The notes under the pieces: model-generated
What the model saw: the letters and a program-made list of their open reading frames with translations, nothing else
What the model was told of the DNA's origin: nothing
Database searches by the model: none
Made by a program: the position numbers and the translations under genes
In this document: piece after piece, positions 10,877 to 19,904 of the stretch
How positions within the stretch are numbered: the first letter of the stretch is position 1
How the letters are laid out: every line of letters begins with the position of its first letter
Assembly: GCA_964483885.1 (NCBI GenBank)
Contig: CAZADO010000183.1
Span: 1 to 42,519, forward strand
Direction: 5' to 3'
Origin: an uncultured Alphaproteobacteria bacterium
Lineage (GTDB): Bacteria; Electryoneota; RPQS01; DYHQ01
Length of the DNA: 42,519 nt

Positions 10877-13690
10877 CTATCTAACAATTTCTGTGCATAC
10901 TTCTTTTTTCGCGGTGAGGCTGTTCCTTGCAGTGCGAAGCAGAAGCTGTTCGAAATTGGCATCTATTGGAATATGAATCAAACGTTCCTCATCAATATGT
11001 ATAATGCAGAGTTCGAGCTCTTCTATTTCAGGAAGACAGCCTTTCATCCACAACAAGGCGTAGAAATTAAGCTGTCTTTGGGCTCGAGCTTCTGCCGCTT
11101 CATTCCAGCGACCGGTTTTAAAATCAATAAGTTTTCCTTTTCCTTCATGAATTTCAATTCTATCGACAATTCCTTTCACTCTTAGAATTATATCGGGCTC
11201 TTCTATTAAAAGGTCAAATGGGTATTCCACATAGCACTTGGCATCGATTTTGAGAAATTTCGCTGCAATCCTTAACCAGTCAGCGATGTCTATAGATGAA
11301 TACTCACTAAACAGATTCAGGGAATTAATGTCTACTTCTTCATTCCGACTTGTCGAATATAACCGCAGTGCTTCATGAATTGCCGTTCCGCGCTTTAGGG
11401 AAGCGGTTTGAGAGGTTTGAGAAACATCTGGTGGATATGCAAATGCATCCTTCGATTGCCTTTGATATTCCGCTTCAAAATCAGAAAATGACCATCGAAG
11501 TACGGAAGGTGTTTGCTGAATAATTTGCTTCTTAGTGGGTTGCGCGACGGTTTCTGTTCTTTCCTTCTTCTTTTCTGAAGATACCTGTGGGAGAAGGGAC
11601 ATGATACTCTCCGTATCAGAATACTCAGAAATAATGAAATGATTCGGGGATGTTTTCGAAAACTCTTTCAGGATTCTAAATACTGACGGTAATTGACGTC
11701 CCTGCTGCACATGTCCGGTAACAATTTGCAGTCTCTGTGCGCGAGTCAAAGCAACATAATCAAGGCGCTTCTCTTCTTCCCGAATATCCTGTTTGTAACT
11801 TTCATCAGGAGATGGCTGACTTTTGGAATCCTCAAAATCTTCGGGAAGCAGCAAACCTGCTCCTTCATGTTCCCAATCTGTTCCGGTCAATTTTGTGCGC
11901 AGATGAGCAAAGAAATCCGAAGGCCGACGAATGGATTTATCACGCACGCCGCAGTAAATAACGATAGGGAATTGGAGGCCTTTTGCTCGATGAATTGTCG
12001 TCAGAACAACCCCTTCATCCTGTGCAATATTAGCTTCAGGTTCATCTTCCTCTGATTCGATTGCGTTTGTTAGATAGTCCAGTACTTCCTTGTCCGATAG
12101 CGAAATCGGTGGTGACGTTAAATGATATGCATGTTCAAAAAGTTTTCTTAAATTCGCTTGAGAGCGTAGCTTTTGAGAATCCTCTTGATGAGCCAGCGTG
12201 CTTAAATAGTCCATGGCTTCAAGAAATCGAAACCATCTTAAAGAAAGGGAAATACTTTGATTGATGACTTGCTCACGCATGGAAGACAAACGAGCAAGCA
12301 GTTCATTGTGGACTGACTCCCTATTTTTGTCAAGTTCAGAAAAGAGATTATGGATTTCAAATAGAGTATAAGAATTAGGACGGCTTTCGAGAATACGCGT
12401 CAAAGCACTTCGATCTTCGGGATTCAAGAGGTAAGCAAGATAGGCTCTCGCATCAAGAATCTCAGGGCGTCGGTAGAATCCTCCAATCAGAGATGTTGTT
12501 GGGATATTCGCTTCACGCAGAGTATTTTCAAGCTTCGCCAAAGTCGCTCGAGTGCGAGCGAGGGCAGCGATTTCGTTGCAATCAATTCCTTTATCGATTG
12601 CTTTTCGAATCAGGTTGCAAATAAAGCTATTTTCTTCCTGTACATTATCCGTAACAAATCCGGCAACGGTAGGTTGAGAAAACTCAGGTTTGTCTGCCTG
12701 TAAAGAATGAACTCTCTCCTCACCAGTCTTTTCTAACACGCGTACAGCAAGATCAAGCATCGGCTGATAAGAACGATAATTCTTTCCAAGCGTACATGTT
12801 GACGCTTCGAAATCCTGAAGGCTTTTAGGATTCGCATCACGAAATCCAAAAATACTCTGTCGCACATCACCGACAATCGTCATATTCGTGAATCCATCAG
12901 CAGCGATATATTTTAATAGCGCAAATTGTCCGAAATTGGTATCCTGTGCTTCATCAATTAAAATATGGCGATATCTCTTTTTTACACGTTCACTTATCTC
13001 CAAATTCGAGGAGAGGAGTTTGAAAGCTCGAAGCAGAATTTCACCATAATCGTGAGCATTGGTTTCTGCGAGTAATCTTTTCTCAAGTTGTGCAACTCCC
13101 TCGACAAATGAGATTGTTTCAGTTGCGAGTTCTTTGTTCGGATCTGTTGGAAAGCTTTTTTCACGCAACTTATGCAGCTCTGGAGAAATTTGGTCTGAAA
13201 ATAGCAGACGCAGTTTTGCGGAATGAACAATGCTCCGCGCTACGGACACAGCGTGCGGAAGATTCGTAAGGTTGATATGGCGAAAGGATGCTAATGGTAA
13301 TTCGGGTGCGCCCTGTTTAATTTCTTCCACTATTTTCTGCTGCAAGAGGGATGAAAGACCATTGTCAAGAATGAGAACAGGCTCTTCTATTTGCGATTCG
13401 GTGGGATAATTTAGGAGAAGTTGAAGCCAAAAGCTGTCGAATGTGTGAATATGGAGTTCATTGCTTTCTCCCGTTGCACCTAATCTCTCACGAATCCGCT
13501 CTTCTAATTCCTGTGCGGCTTTTCGCGTGAATGTTAAGCCCAAAATGCGATTGGCTGGAATTTGCTTTTGCAGAACAAGATGGAGAAAGCGTTCCATTAG
13601 AAAACGGGTTTTTCCTGTGCCCGCTCCTGCAACGACTTTCAAAGAGCGGTTCGGTGGCCAAGCGATTGCTTCTTCTCGACTAATCGCCAT
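10877..13690 (-). CDS. addA: AddA/RecB-type UvrD-family helicase with C-terminal PD-(D/E)XK nuclease
   Basis: 937 aa. SF1 motifs AGAGTGKT (I), ILIDEAQDTN (II), VGDVRQSIFGFRDA (III), TIHRAKGLQFP (V), YVALTRA (VI). C-terminal nuclease GIVDRIEI...LIDFKTGR and QLNFYAL. ATG start overlaps the selB stop by 11 nt. Confidence 0.85.
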   Translation of the reverse strand: MAISREEAIAWPPNRSLKVVAGAGTGKTRFLMERFLHLVLQKQIPANRILGLTFTRKAAQELEERIRERLGATGESNELHIHTFDSFWLQLLLNYPTESQIEEPVLILDNGLSSLLQQKIVEEIKQGAPELPLASFRHINLTNLPHAVSVARSIVHSAKLRLLFSDQISPELHKLREKSFPTDPNKELATETISFVEGVAQLEKRLLAETNAHDYGEILLRAFKLLSSNLEISERVKKRYRHILIDEAQDTNFGQFALLKYIAADGFTNMTIVGDVRQSIFGFRDANPKSLQDFEASTCTLGKNYRSYQPMLDLAVRVLEKTGEERVHSLQADKPEFSQPTVAGFVTDNVQEENSFICNLIRKAIDKGIDCNEIAALARTRATLAKLENTLREANIPTTSLIGGFYRRPEILDARAYLAYLLNPEDRSALTRILESRPNSYTLFEIHNLFSELDKNRESVHNELLARLSSMREQVINQSISLSLRWFRFLEAMDYLSTLAHQEDSQKLRSQANLRKLFEHAYHLTSPPISLSDKEVLDYLTNAIESEEDEPEANIAQDEGVVLTTIHRAKGLQFPIVIYCGVRDKSIRRPSDFFAHLRTKLTGTDWEHEGAGLLLPEDFEDSKSQPSPDESYKQDIREEEKRLDYVALTRAQRLQIVTGHVQQGRQLPSVFRILKEFSKTSPNHFIISEYSDTESIMSLLPQVSSEKKKERTETVAQPTKKQIIQQTPSVLRWSFSDFEAEYQRQSKDAFAYPPDVSQTSQTASLKRGTAIHEALRLYSTSRNEEVDINSLNLFSEYSSIDIADWLRIAAKFLKIDAKCYVEYPFDLLIEEPDIILRVKGIVDRIEIHEGKGKLIDFKTGRWNEAAEARAQRQLNFYALLWMKGCLPEIEELELCIIHIDEERLIHIPIDANFEQLLLRTARNSLTAKKEVCTEIVR

Positions 13691-15611
13691 TGCCGGCCTT
13701 TCCCTCTAGACGAGAGCCCGTAAATCGTTTGTCGCCATCGCGTCGAGTGATACCAAGTTTATCCATATATTCCAAGAAAGGGACAATATATTTTCGCGTC
13801 GAGTCGAGTAGCGTTGCTACATTTCCGACGGTGACACCCTCGGTATTTGCGATTTCCTTTTGCAGTTTCTTAATCGCTTCTTCAAACACATCCGGACAGA
13901 AAAAGAGCTCAGGTTCCAGACGAACAAGGCGCTTCTGTTTCGTGAGCAATGTCAACACTTTTATAATTTCTGTTTTCGATGTTTCGAGAGCCTTTTCCAT
14001 TTCATTGACCGACGGCGGACGAAAGGCAGACTTCCTTATCATATCCAGGATTCTTTCTGCAAGGAGCTCATGTGCTTTCGAGAGAACTGCAAAATGCTCC
14101 GGAAGGCTTATAACAGAAGCTTCGACGTTAATAGCTTGTTCACTTTGCAACAGCTTCATTAGCTGCGAAAAGAGATTATCCGGAATTCCCAGAAGTGCCG
14201 CTTGTTGGAGTTCGGCGCGTTCTATGCCGGGAAGTTCAGGATTTCGGGAATGAAATTTCCGGAGAACTTCTTTTATTTGCTCGCAGTGCCTTTCCTTTGA
14301 TGACAATGACAGAAATCGTTCTCCGAGAGACACGATTTTATTTTCACGATTCAATTCATCAAGCCAGTGAGATATTTTATTCGCTCCGAATCCCGTGATC
14401 TTAACCAAATCCGTTAGCGTTGCTCCAAAAGGAGTACGTCTGTCGAGGTAGGTGTGTATGAATTCTTTTCCTTCATGCTGACTTAGCATCGTGGATATTT
14501 CCAAATCCAATGCACGTTTTCTCTTGAGCACGGATTGAGGATTGATCTCGATAACCACCCCTCCCCCTATCGTGATCATCGGGGAGTAGCTGCGAAGAAC
14601 AAAAAAATCAAGCCGAGCGACTACGGCAGGCGCTTCAAGATAAAAATCCACAAGATAAGGCTCAGATACTCGAGGGACGGTACGCGCAATAACCTCAAGC
14701 GTACCGATATGAACACGCACTCGCTGCCTGTTTTTCAAAAGGGGAATATTTTGAAGCAAATTTACTTTGGCACGCCATCGATTGGAGGTTATCATATGGC
14801 CGGGAGTCGCTAATACATTTCCGCGCGATAGGGATTGTTTATCAACTCCGCCAAGGTTAATAGCGGCTCTCTGGCCGGCACTGAGAGTCGTCTGAGAAAT
14901 TCCGTGAGTTTGGAGACCGCGCACGCGTACTTCCTTAGCTTGTGGAAGCAATTCCAACCGATCATCGACAGCAACTTTTCCGGAGGTAATCGTACCGGTC
15001 ACGACGGTGCCGTGTCCTTTCATCTGAAAAACACGATCAATCGGCAGTTGGAAAAATCCCCTGTCTCCTCGCTGCTGCAGATTCGTGAGTTCTTTGCGCA
15101 GGAAACCCCGCAACTCTGAGATTCCGAGTCCCTTTACGGAATCAACAATAAAAATCGGAGCATTTTCAAGAAACGTATTTTTAACGAATTCCTCAATTTG
15201 ATCACGCACCAATACAAGCCATTCGTCTTCTACCAAGGCTGCCTTCGTAATGACCACGACTCCTTGCTTGATGCCGAGAATTCGGAGGATGTCGAGATGC
15301 TCTTGAGTTTGCGGCATGACGCCGTCATCCGCCGCAATGACTAAAATGGCGTAATCGATGGTCGCTGCACCCGCGACCATATTTCGTATGAATCGTTCAT
15401 GTCCCGGAACATCGATGATTGCCGCGATATCATCCAGAAAAGCGAAGCCGATGTCGATGGTAATGTGTCGTTCTTGTTCTTCCGGCAAACGATCAGGATC
15501 GGTTCCCGTCAGAGCTTTGACCAGAAGAGACTTTCCATGGTCGATGTGTCCTGCTGTGCCGACAATGACATGCCCTGCCGTTTTCTCTGGCGAATTATTT
15601 TGAGTAGTCAT
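13680..15611 (-). CDS. selB: Selenocysteine-specific translation elongation factor
   Basis: 643 aa. GTPase G1 GTAGHIDHGKS, G3 DVPGHERF, EF-Tu-like domains II/III, and a long C-terminal winged-helix extension typical of SelB. Confidence 0.9.
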   Translation of the reverse strand: MTTQNNSPEKTAGHVIVGTAGHIDHGKSLLVKALTGTDPDRLPEEQERHITIDIGFAFLDDIAAIIDVPGHERFIRNMVAGAATIDYAILVIAADDGVMPQTQEHLDILRILGIKQGVVVITKAALVEDEWLVLVRDQIEEFVKNTFLENAPIFIVDSVKGLGISELRGFLRKELTNLQQRGDRGFFQLPIDRVFQMKGHGTVVTGTITSGKVAVDDRLELLPQAKEVRVRGLQTHGISQTTLSAGQRAAINLGGVDKQSLSRGNVLATPGHMITSNRWRAKVNLLQNIPLLKNRQRVRVHIGTLEVIARTVPRVSEPYLVDFYLEAPAVVARLDFFVLRSYSPMITIGGGVVIEINPQSVLKRKRALDLEISTMLSQHEGKEFIHTYLDRRTPFGATLTDLVKITGFGANKISHWLDELNRENKIVSLGERFLSLSSKERHCEQIKEVLRKFHSRNPELPGIERAELQQAALLGIPDNLFSQLMKLLQSEQAINVEASVISLPEHFAVLSKAHELLAERILDMIRKSAFRPPSVNEMEKALETSKTEIIKVLTLLTKQKRLVRLEPELFFCPDVFEEAIKKLQKEIANTEGVTVGNVATLLDSTRKYIVPFLEYMDKLGITRRDGDKRFTGSRLEGKAGNGD

Positions 15612-16305
15612 TCAGCTTTTTAATTTCTTCTTTGGACAATTTGCGCCATTTTCCCAAAGGGATATTTCCCAATTTAAGCGGACCGATGCGTACTCGGTGC
15701 AATTGGATAACTTCGGAGCCAACGAGCTTCAGCATTCGACGGATTTCGCGTTTCCTGCCTTCTCCCAAAACAATATTGTAACTCGTTTGACCTTGTACCT
15801 GCAATGAAATCGGTTTGACCAAATGACCATCCAACTGGACGCCTTTGCGAAGTCTATTCATCTGAGCATTTGTCAGTGGTTCTCTAACGCGAACGATATA
15901 CTCCTTGTCGAATCCGAATCGCGGGTGCAATATTTTGTTCGTCAACTCACCATCGTTTGTCAAGAGCAATAGACCTGAGCTCTCGCGGTCGAGTCGTCCG
16001 ACAGGAAAGAGGCGAGTTCCATTGGGGATAAGGTCCAGGACGGTTGGTGATTTCGTTTTGGTTGTTTTACAGGTAGAAAGATAGCCAGCGGGTTTATTTA
16101 GTGCAATCACGATTCGCTCGGGAGGCTTCTGACGCAGAGGTTTTCCATCGAAGCGGATGTCATCTGTTTCGGGATCGGCATTACAACCCGGCTGTGTTGC
16201 CGGAATACCATTGACCGTTACACGCCCGGCACGCATGAATTCCTCGCAGGTGCGTCTTGATGCAACACCCCAGTGTGCAAGGATTTTTTGCAGTCGTTCT
16301 TTCAT
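15595..16305 (-). CDS. rluB: Pseudouridine synthase, RsuA/RluB family (S4 domain plus catalytic domain)
   Basis: The track ORF (to 16509) overlaps the upstream gene. Homology begins at the internal ATG 16305: MKERLQKILAHWGVASRRTCEEFMRAGRVTVNG (S4 domain), then GRLDRESSGLLLLTNDG (catalytic Asp motif). The stop overlaps the selB start by 17 nt. Confidence 0.85.
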   Translation of the reverse strand: MKERLQKILAHWGVASRRTCEEFMRAGRVTVNGIPATQPGCNADPETDDIRFDGKPLRQKPPERIVIALNKPAGYLSTCKTTKTKSPTVLDLIPNGTRLFPVGRLDRESSGLLLLTNDGELTNKILHPRFGFDKEYIVRVREPLTNAQMNRLRKGVQLDGHLVKPISLQVQGQTSYNIVLGEGRKREIRRMLKLVGSEVIQLHRVRIGPLKLGNIPLGKWRKLSKEEIKKLNDYSK

Positions 16306-16324
16306 GAGAGTCTGTGAATGAAGC

Positions 16325-16348
16325 AAAAAGACCCTCAGGATGAGGGTC
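16325..16348 (-). terminator. Rho-independent terminator downstream of the PEGA-protein gene
   Basis: Minus-strand RNA reads GACCCUCA-UCC-UGAGGGUC followed by UUUUUG. That is a perfect 8-bp GC-rich stem (16330-16337 / 16341-16348), a 3-nt loop and a U5 tract (16325-16329). Confidence 0.6.
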
Positions 16349-16384
16349 AGACAGTTGGAGAAGATCGAATGGTTAAACCCGAGG

Positions 16385-17767
16385 CTAATTTTTGTCGATG
16401 ATATTGAGGCGTTGGGCTCGTTTTTCCCATGCTTTCTGTGTGATATTATCTTCCACACGCAGATGCAGTCTCTTTGTGCTGAGAAAACTTTCGACCGTAA
16501 AAGTAACAATCGTCATATTATCTTCGGCGAGCTCTACATGTACGTCTTTTACGAGGTTTTGAAATTCAACTCGTAGCAAGCGTCTTCCCGGAAGCATTTT
16601 ATGCATCAGAACGCCTTGGAATTCTTTGCTGGGATTCTCGAGAATCAAATCATTATCCAGAAGGATTCGCAATTCATCGCCGGGAACCGTCTTCGGACGC
16701 GGCAAGACGGCAAGTTGGGCTTTCCCCTCAATCCGTTTATAAGTCCCAACAACCGTTATCGCTGTTGTCTCCGGGGAAAACACGGCTGTTTGTGTTAAAG
16801 GTGTCACATACCCATCGATATTTGAGAATTCAATGACAGATTTCCCGAGAGTCACATCTAAAACGACACGACCCTTTCCAACAGGCCTACCGTTTACCTG
16901 TATATTTCCCGCGACGGGTTCCGTAATGACGGTCAATTTCGGAGGAGGCAGCGACTGGTCCAAGGAAAGTTCAAAAGCAACGATTTCACTTTGAAAATCT
17001 CTCGTCAAGTCAATGCGAACAACATCCGGATTTGCAATATAACCCTTTTTGCTGACTTTGAAATAATACGTTCCACGAGCAAGATCTTCCAGTATTCGAT
17101 TGGTTCGATATCCGGTTGAGTCGTCGTTGATGATAATCTCGGCATCTTCAGGTTTTGATGTTACACGAACAGATGTTCCTTCGATAGTCTGTTTCACTCG
17201 CGGGACTTGTGTTTTAGGCGGAGTCTGCACAACTGTTTCGTCTTTTGCGAGTTCCTTTTTCTCTTCAGCGGCTATGAGCCGTTGAGCCTCTTCCAAATAG
17301 CTTTGTGATGCAGTTCTCGGGAGAGAATCCTCCGGAAGATTTCGTTCTATGGATACAAGCGTCTCCTCTTCTGGACTTCTCAGTGCAACTTTCTCAGTTA
17401 CAGGTATTGTATCAATCGAAAAGAGTGTGAATCTCACAAGGACGGCTGAGTCCGGCTTCACATTGACAAGGACAACTTCTGGATTCGCTTTGTAACCTTC
17501 CTTTTGAACGGTGATTAATTTGCGTCCCGCAATAATCCTTGATAGTGTTGTATCGGTTTTCGCACTGGTTTGGATGCCATCGATGAGAATCGTGGCGCCC
17601 TTCACATTGCTCAAAATCTGAAGCTCTCCCCTCTTCGTTTGAATAGGATCAATCAAAATATAGAATGCAATCCCAATGATTGCCAAGGGGATAAATATCC
17701 GTAGAAGCCGCATAATTGTGTCAGCCGCGGCTCGATATGGACGAGGGCGTGGACCGAAAGATTTCAT
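16385..17767 (-). CDS. Membrane-anchored protein with repeated PEGA-like beta-sandwich domains
   Basis: 460 aa. N-terminal TM anchor LLRIFIPLAIIGIAFYIL. At least three PEGA-like modules, for example SVRVTSKPEDAEIIINDDSTGYRT...GTYYFKVSKKGY and GATILIDGIQTS...ITVQKEGY. Confidence 0.65.
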   Translation of the reverse strand: MKSFGPRPRPYRAAADTIMRLLRIFIPLAIIGIAFYILIDPIQTKRGELQILSNVKGATILIDGIQTSAKTDTTLSRIIAGRKLITVQKEGYKANPEVVLVNVKPDSAVLVRFTLFSIDTIPVTEKVALRSPEEETLVSIERNLPEDSLPRTASQSYLEEAQRLIAAEEKKELAKDETVVQTPPKTQVPRVKQTIEGTSVRVTSKPEDAEIIINDDSTGYRTNRILEDLARGTYYFKVSKKGYIANPDVVRIDLTRDFQSEIVAFELSLDQSLPPPKLTVITEPVAGNIQVNGRPVGKGRVVLDVTLGKSVIEFSNIDGYVTPLTQTAVFSPETTAITVVGTYKRIEGKAQLAVLPRPKTVPGDELRILLDNDLILENPSKEFQGVLMHKMLPGRRLLRVEFQNLVKDVHVELAEDNMTIVTFTVESFLSTKRLHLRVEDNITQKAWEKRAQRLNIIDKN

Positions 17768-17799
17768 TTCCCAGCCATCAAGTGTTTTCCAGTTGAATT

Positions 17800-18564
17800 T
17801 TACACATCTTTGGGTGGTGCTCCCGACATCTGTTTAATAAACGGCGCGAAAAGGTCAATAGGAATCGGGAAAAGAGTCGTCGAATTATTTTCGGTTGCAA
17901 TCTCCGCCAAAGTCTGGAGAAAACGAAGCTGTAGTGCAATAGGGTGTTTTGAAATGACTTCTGCGGCATCGGCGAGTTTGGCCGACGCCTGAAATTCTCC
18001 ATCGGCTGCGATAATCTTTGATCGACGCTCACGCTCCGCTTCCGCTTGCTTGGCCATAGCACGCTTCATTTCTTGGGGCAGGTCCACGTGTTTGATTTCC
18101 ACCATGGAAACCTTAATTCCCCAAGGATCCGTGTGGCGATCAATGATATCTTGCAGCTCTTTGTTGATTTTTTCTCGCTCCGAGAGCAAATCGTCCAGTT
18201 CAACCTGTCCCAGAACACTCCTCAGAGTTGTTTGGGAAAGCTGAGAGGTTGCAAAGAGATAGTTCTCGACCTCGACCACAGACTTGTTCGGATCCATCAC
18301 TCGAAAGTAAATCACCGCGTTCACCTGAACGGACACATTGTCCCGGGTGATAACGTCCTGTGGAGGGACGTCCAGAACAATCGTACGCAGACTGATTTTC
18401 TGCAAGCGATCGACAATCGGTATGAGAAGAACCAAGCCGGGTCCTTTTGCGCCAATGAGACGGCCCAACCGAAAAATAACACCGCGTTCGTATTCGTTCA
18501 AGATGCGGATTGCTGAAATCAGCAATAGAATGACAATAACAACGATAAATGCCAAAGCAGGCAT
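17800..18564 (-). CDS. SPFH/band-7 (stomatin/prohibitin-like) membrane protein
   Basis: 254 aa. N-terminal TM, then [15 protein letters not shown], followed by the SPFH core and a coiled-coil [24 protein letters not shown]. Confidence 0.9.
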   Translation of the reverse strand: MPALAFIVVIVILLLISAIRILNEYERGVIFRLGRLIGAKGPGLVLLIPIVDRLQKISLRTIVLDVPPQDVITRDNVSVQVNAVIYFRVMDPNKSVVEVENYLFATSQLSQTTLRSVLGQVELDDLLSEREKINKELQDIIDRHTDPWGIKVSMVEIKHVDLPQEMKRAMAKQAEAERERRSKIIAADGEFQASAKLADAAEVISKHPIALQLRFLQTLAEIATENNSTTLFPIPIDLFAPFIKQMSGAPPKDV

Positions 18565-18607
18565 GAGACCCTCCTCCGCAGGTTTAACATCGATTTCTCT
18601 GTCGATG

Positions 18608-19900
18608 TTAAATGGGTTCGACAGTCAATTTCAGGTGATCAACGGCGACCACCCGAACTTCTTTATCCTTTTCAACGGGTGACGAAGCCACAGCTTTCCA
18701 CAGCTCACCGTGAAGCAGAACGGTTCCGGACGGTGTGAGAGGCGTAACAACTTCGCCTATCTCTCCGATAAGCCCCTCCATTCCCGTCGTTACTTTGCGC
18801 CTTTGAGCGCGAATTCCCATTCCTACAGCGAATAGGAAAAACAAAGCTGTGAAGAGCGTCGCCGGTATAATGACACTAAGACTCACCTTCACTCCTGAAA
18901 TAGAAACATCAAAAAGCATGAGAGAACCGAGCAGAAATGAGATGACACCTCCGATCGACAATAAGCCATAACTCGCGATCTTTATTTCCAACAGGAAAAA
19001 GACCAGCGCTAAGACAATCAACAGAATACCGGCCAGATTCACCGGCAGGAGCTGCAAACTGAAGAAAGCCAGAATCAAGCACACTCCCCCGACTACTCCC
19101 GGGAAGACAGCGCCGGGATTGTAAAGTTCGAAGAAAATCCCGTAAATTCCTAGTAGGAGGAGGATATAAGCGATATTCGGATCCGCCAAAAACGAGAGCA
19201 TCTTGAGACGCCAATTCATCGGCACAATATTAATCTCGGCATCTTTCGTTGCAAGCACAACGTCTTTATCCTCAAGATGAATCGTATCGCCATCAATGAG
19301 TGCCAACAGACTGTCCGGAGATTCTGCAATGTAATCGATGACATTAAGCTCCAGTGCTTCGGTTTCCGTTATCGAAGCGCTTTCGCGCACAGATTTCTCC
19401 GCCCAGTCAGCGTTGCGGCCGCGCGTTTCTGCGAGCGTGCGAACGAATGCCACAGCATCATTCGTGACTTTCTTTTCCATGACCTGAGAAGAGTCACTCG
19501 ATCCCTGACCTCCCAAGCCTACAGGATGAGCCGCACCGATGTTTGTGCCGGGCGCCATGGCTGCGATGTGAGCAGCCAAGGTGATAAAGACGCCCGCCGA
19601 GCCTGCTCTCGAACCGGATGGGGAAACGTAAACGACTACGGGGACGCGAGCGGCAAGGATATCCTTGCAGATGATACGCATGGATTTCATCAATCCACCG
19701 GGAGTGTCCATTTCAATCACAAGGCACTGCGCTTCGGCGTTCTCCGCGCGTTTAATTCCATCATGGATATATTCCGCCGAAACCGGTCCAATCGCACCGT
19801 CAATCGTGATCCACTCGACGGTCGCTCCGAAAACGAGCGTCGATGGCAGCAGCGACAGCAGTACGCACGCGAAAATAATATAGCAGAAATTATTCTTCAT
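18608..19900 (-). CDS. nfeD: NfeD-family membrane-bound ClpP-class serine protease
   Basis: 430 aa. Signal peptide, ClpP-like domain ([15 protein letters not shown]), multi-TM middle region, and a C-terminal NfeD OB-fold ([12 protein letters not shown]...[11 protein letters not shown]). Its position directly upstream of an SPFH gene is the classic pairing. Confidence 0.85.
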   Translation of the reverse strand: MKNNFCYIIFACVLLSLLPSTLVFGATVEWITIDGAIGPVSAEYIHDGIKRAENAEAQCLVIEMDTPGGLMKSMRIICKDILAARVPVVVYVSPSGSRAGSAGVFITLAAHIAAMAPGTNIGAAHPVGLGGQGSSDSSQVMEKKVTNDAVAFVRTLAETRGRNADWAEKSVRESASITETEALELNVIDYIAESPDSLLALIDGDTIHLEDKDVVLATKDAEINIVPMNWRLKMLSFLADPNIAYILLLLGIYGIFFELYNPGAVFPGVVGGVCLILAFFSLQLLPVNLAGILLIVLALVFFLLEIKIASYGLLSIGGVISFLLGSLMLFDVSISGVKVSLSVIIPATLFTALFFLFAVGMGIRAQRRKVTTGMEGLIGEIGEVVTPLTPSGTVLLHGELWKAVASSPVEKDKEVRVVAVDHLKLTVEPI

Positions 19901-19904
19901 AGTG

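Noticed and set aside
16306-16509. N-terminal 68-aa extension of the rluB ORF in the track (start at 16509).
   Set aside because: The extension overlaps the 3' end of the PEGA gene and reads through the intrinsic terminator hairpin. Homology to pseudouridine synthases (S4 domain) begins exactly at the internal ATG 16305.
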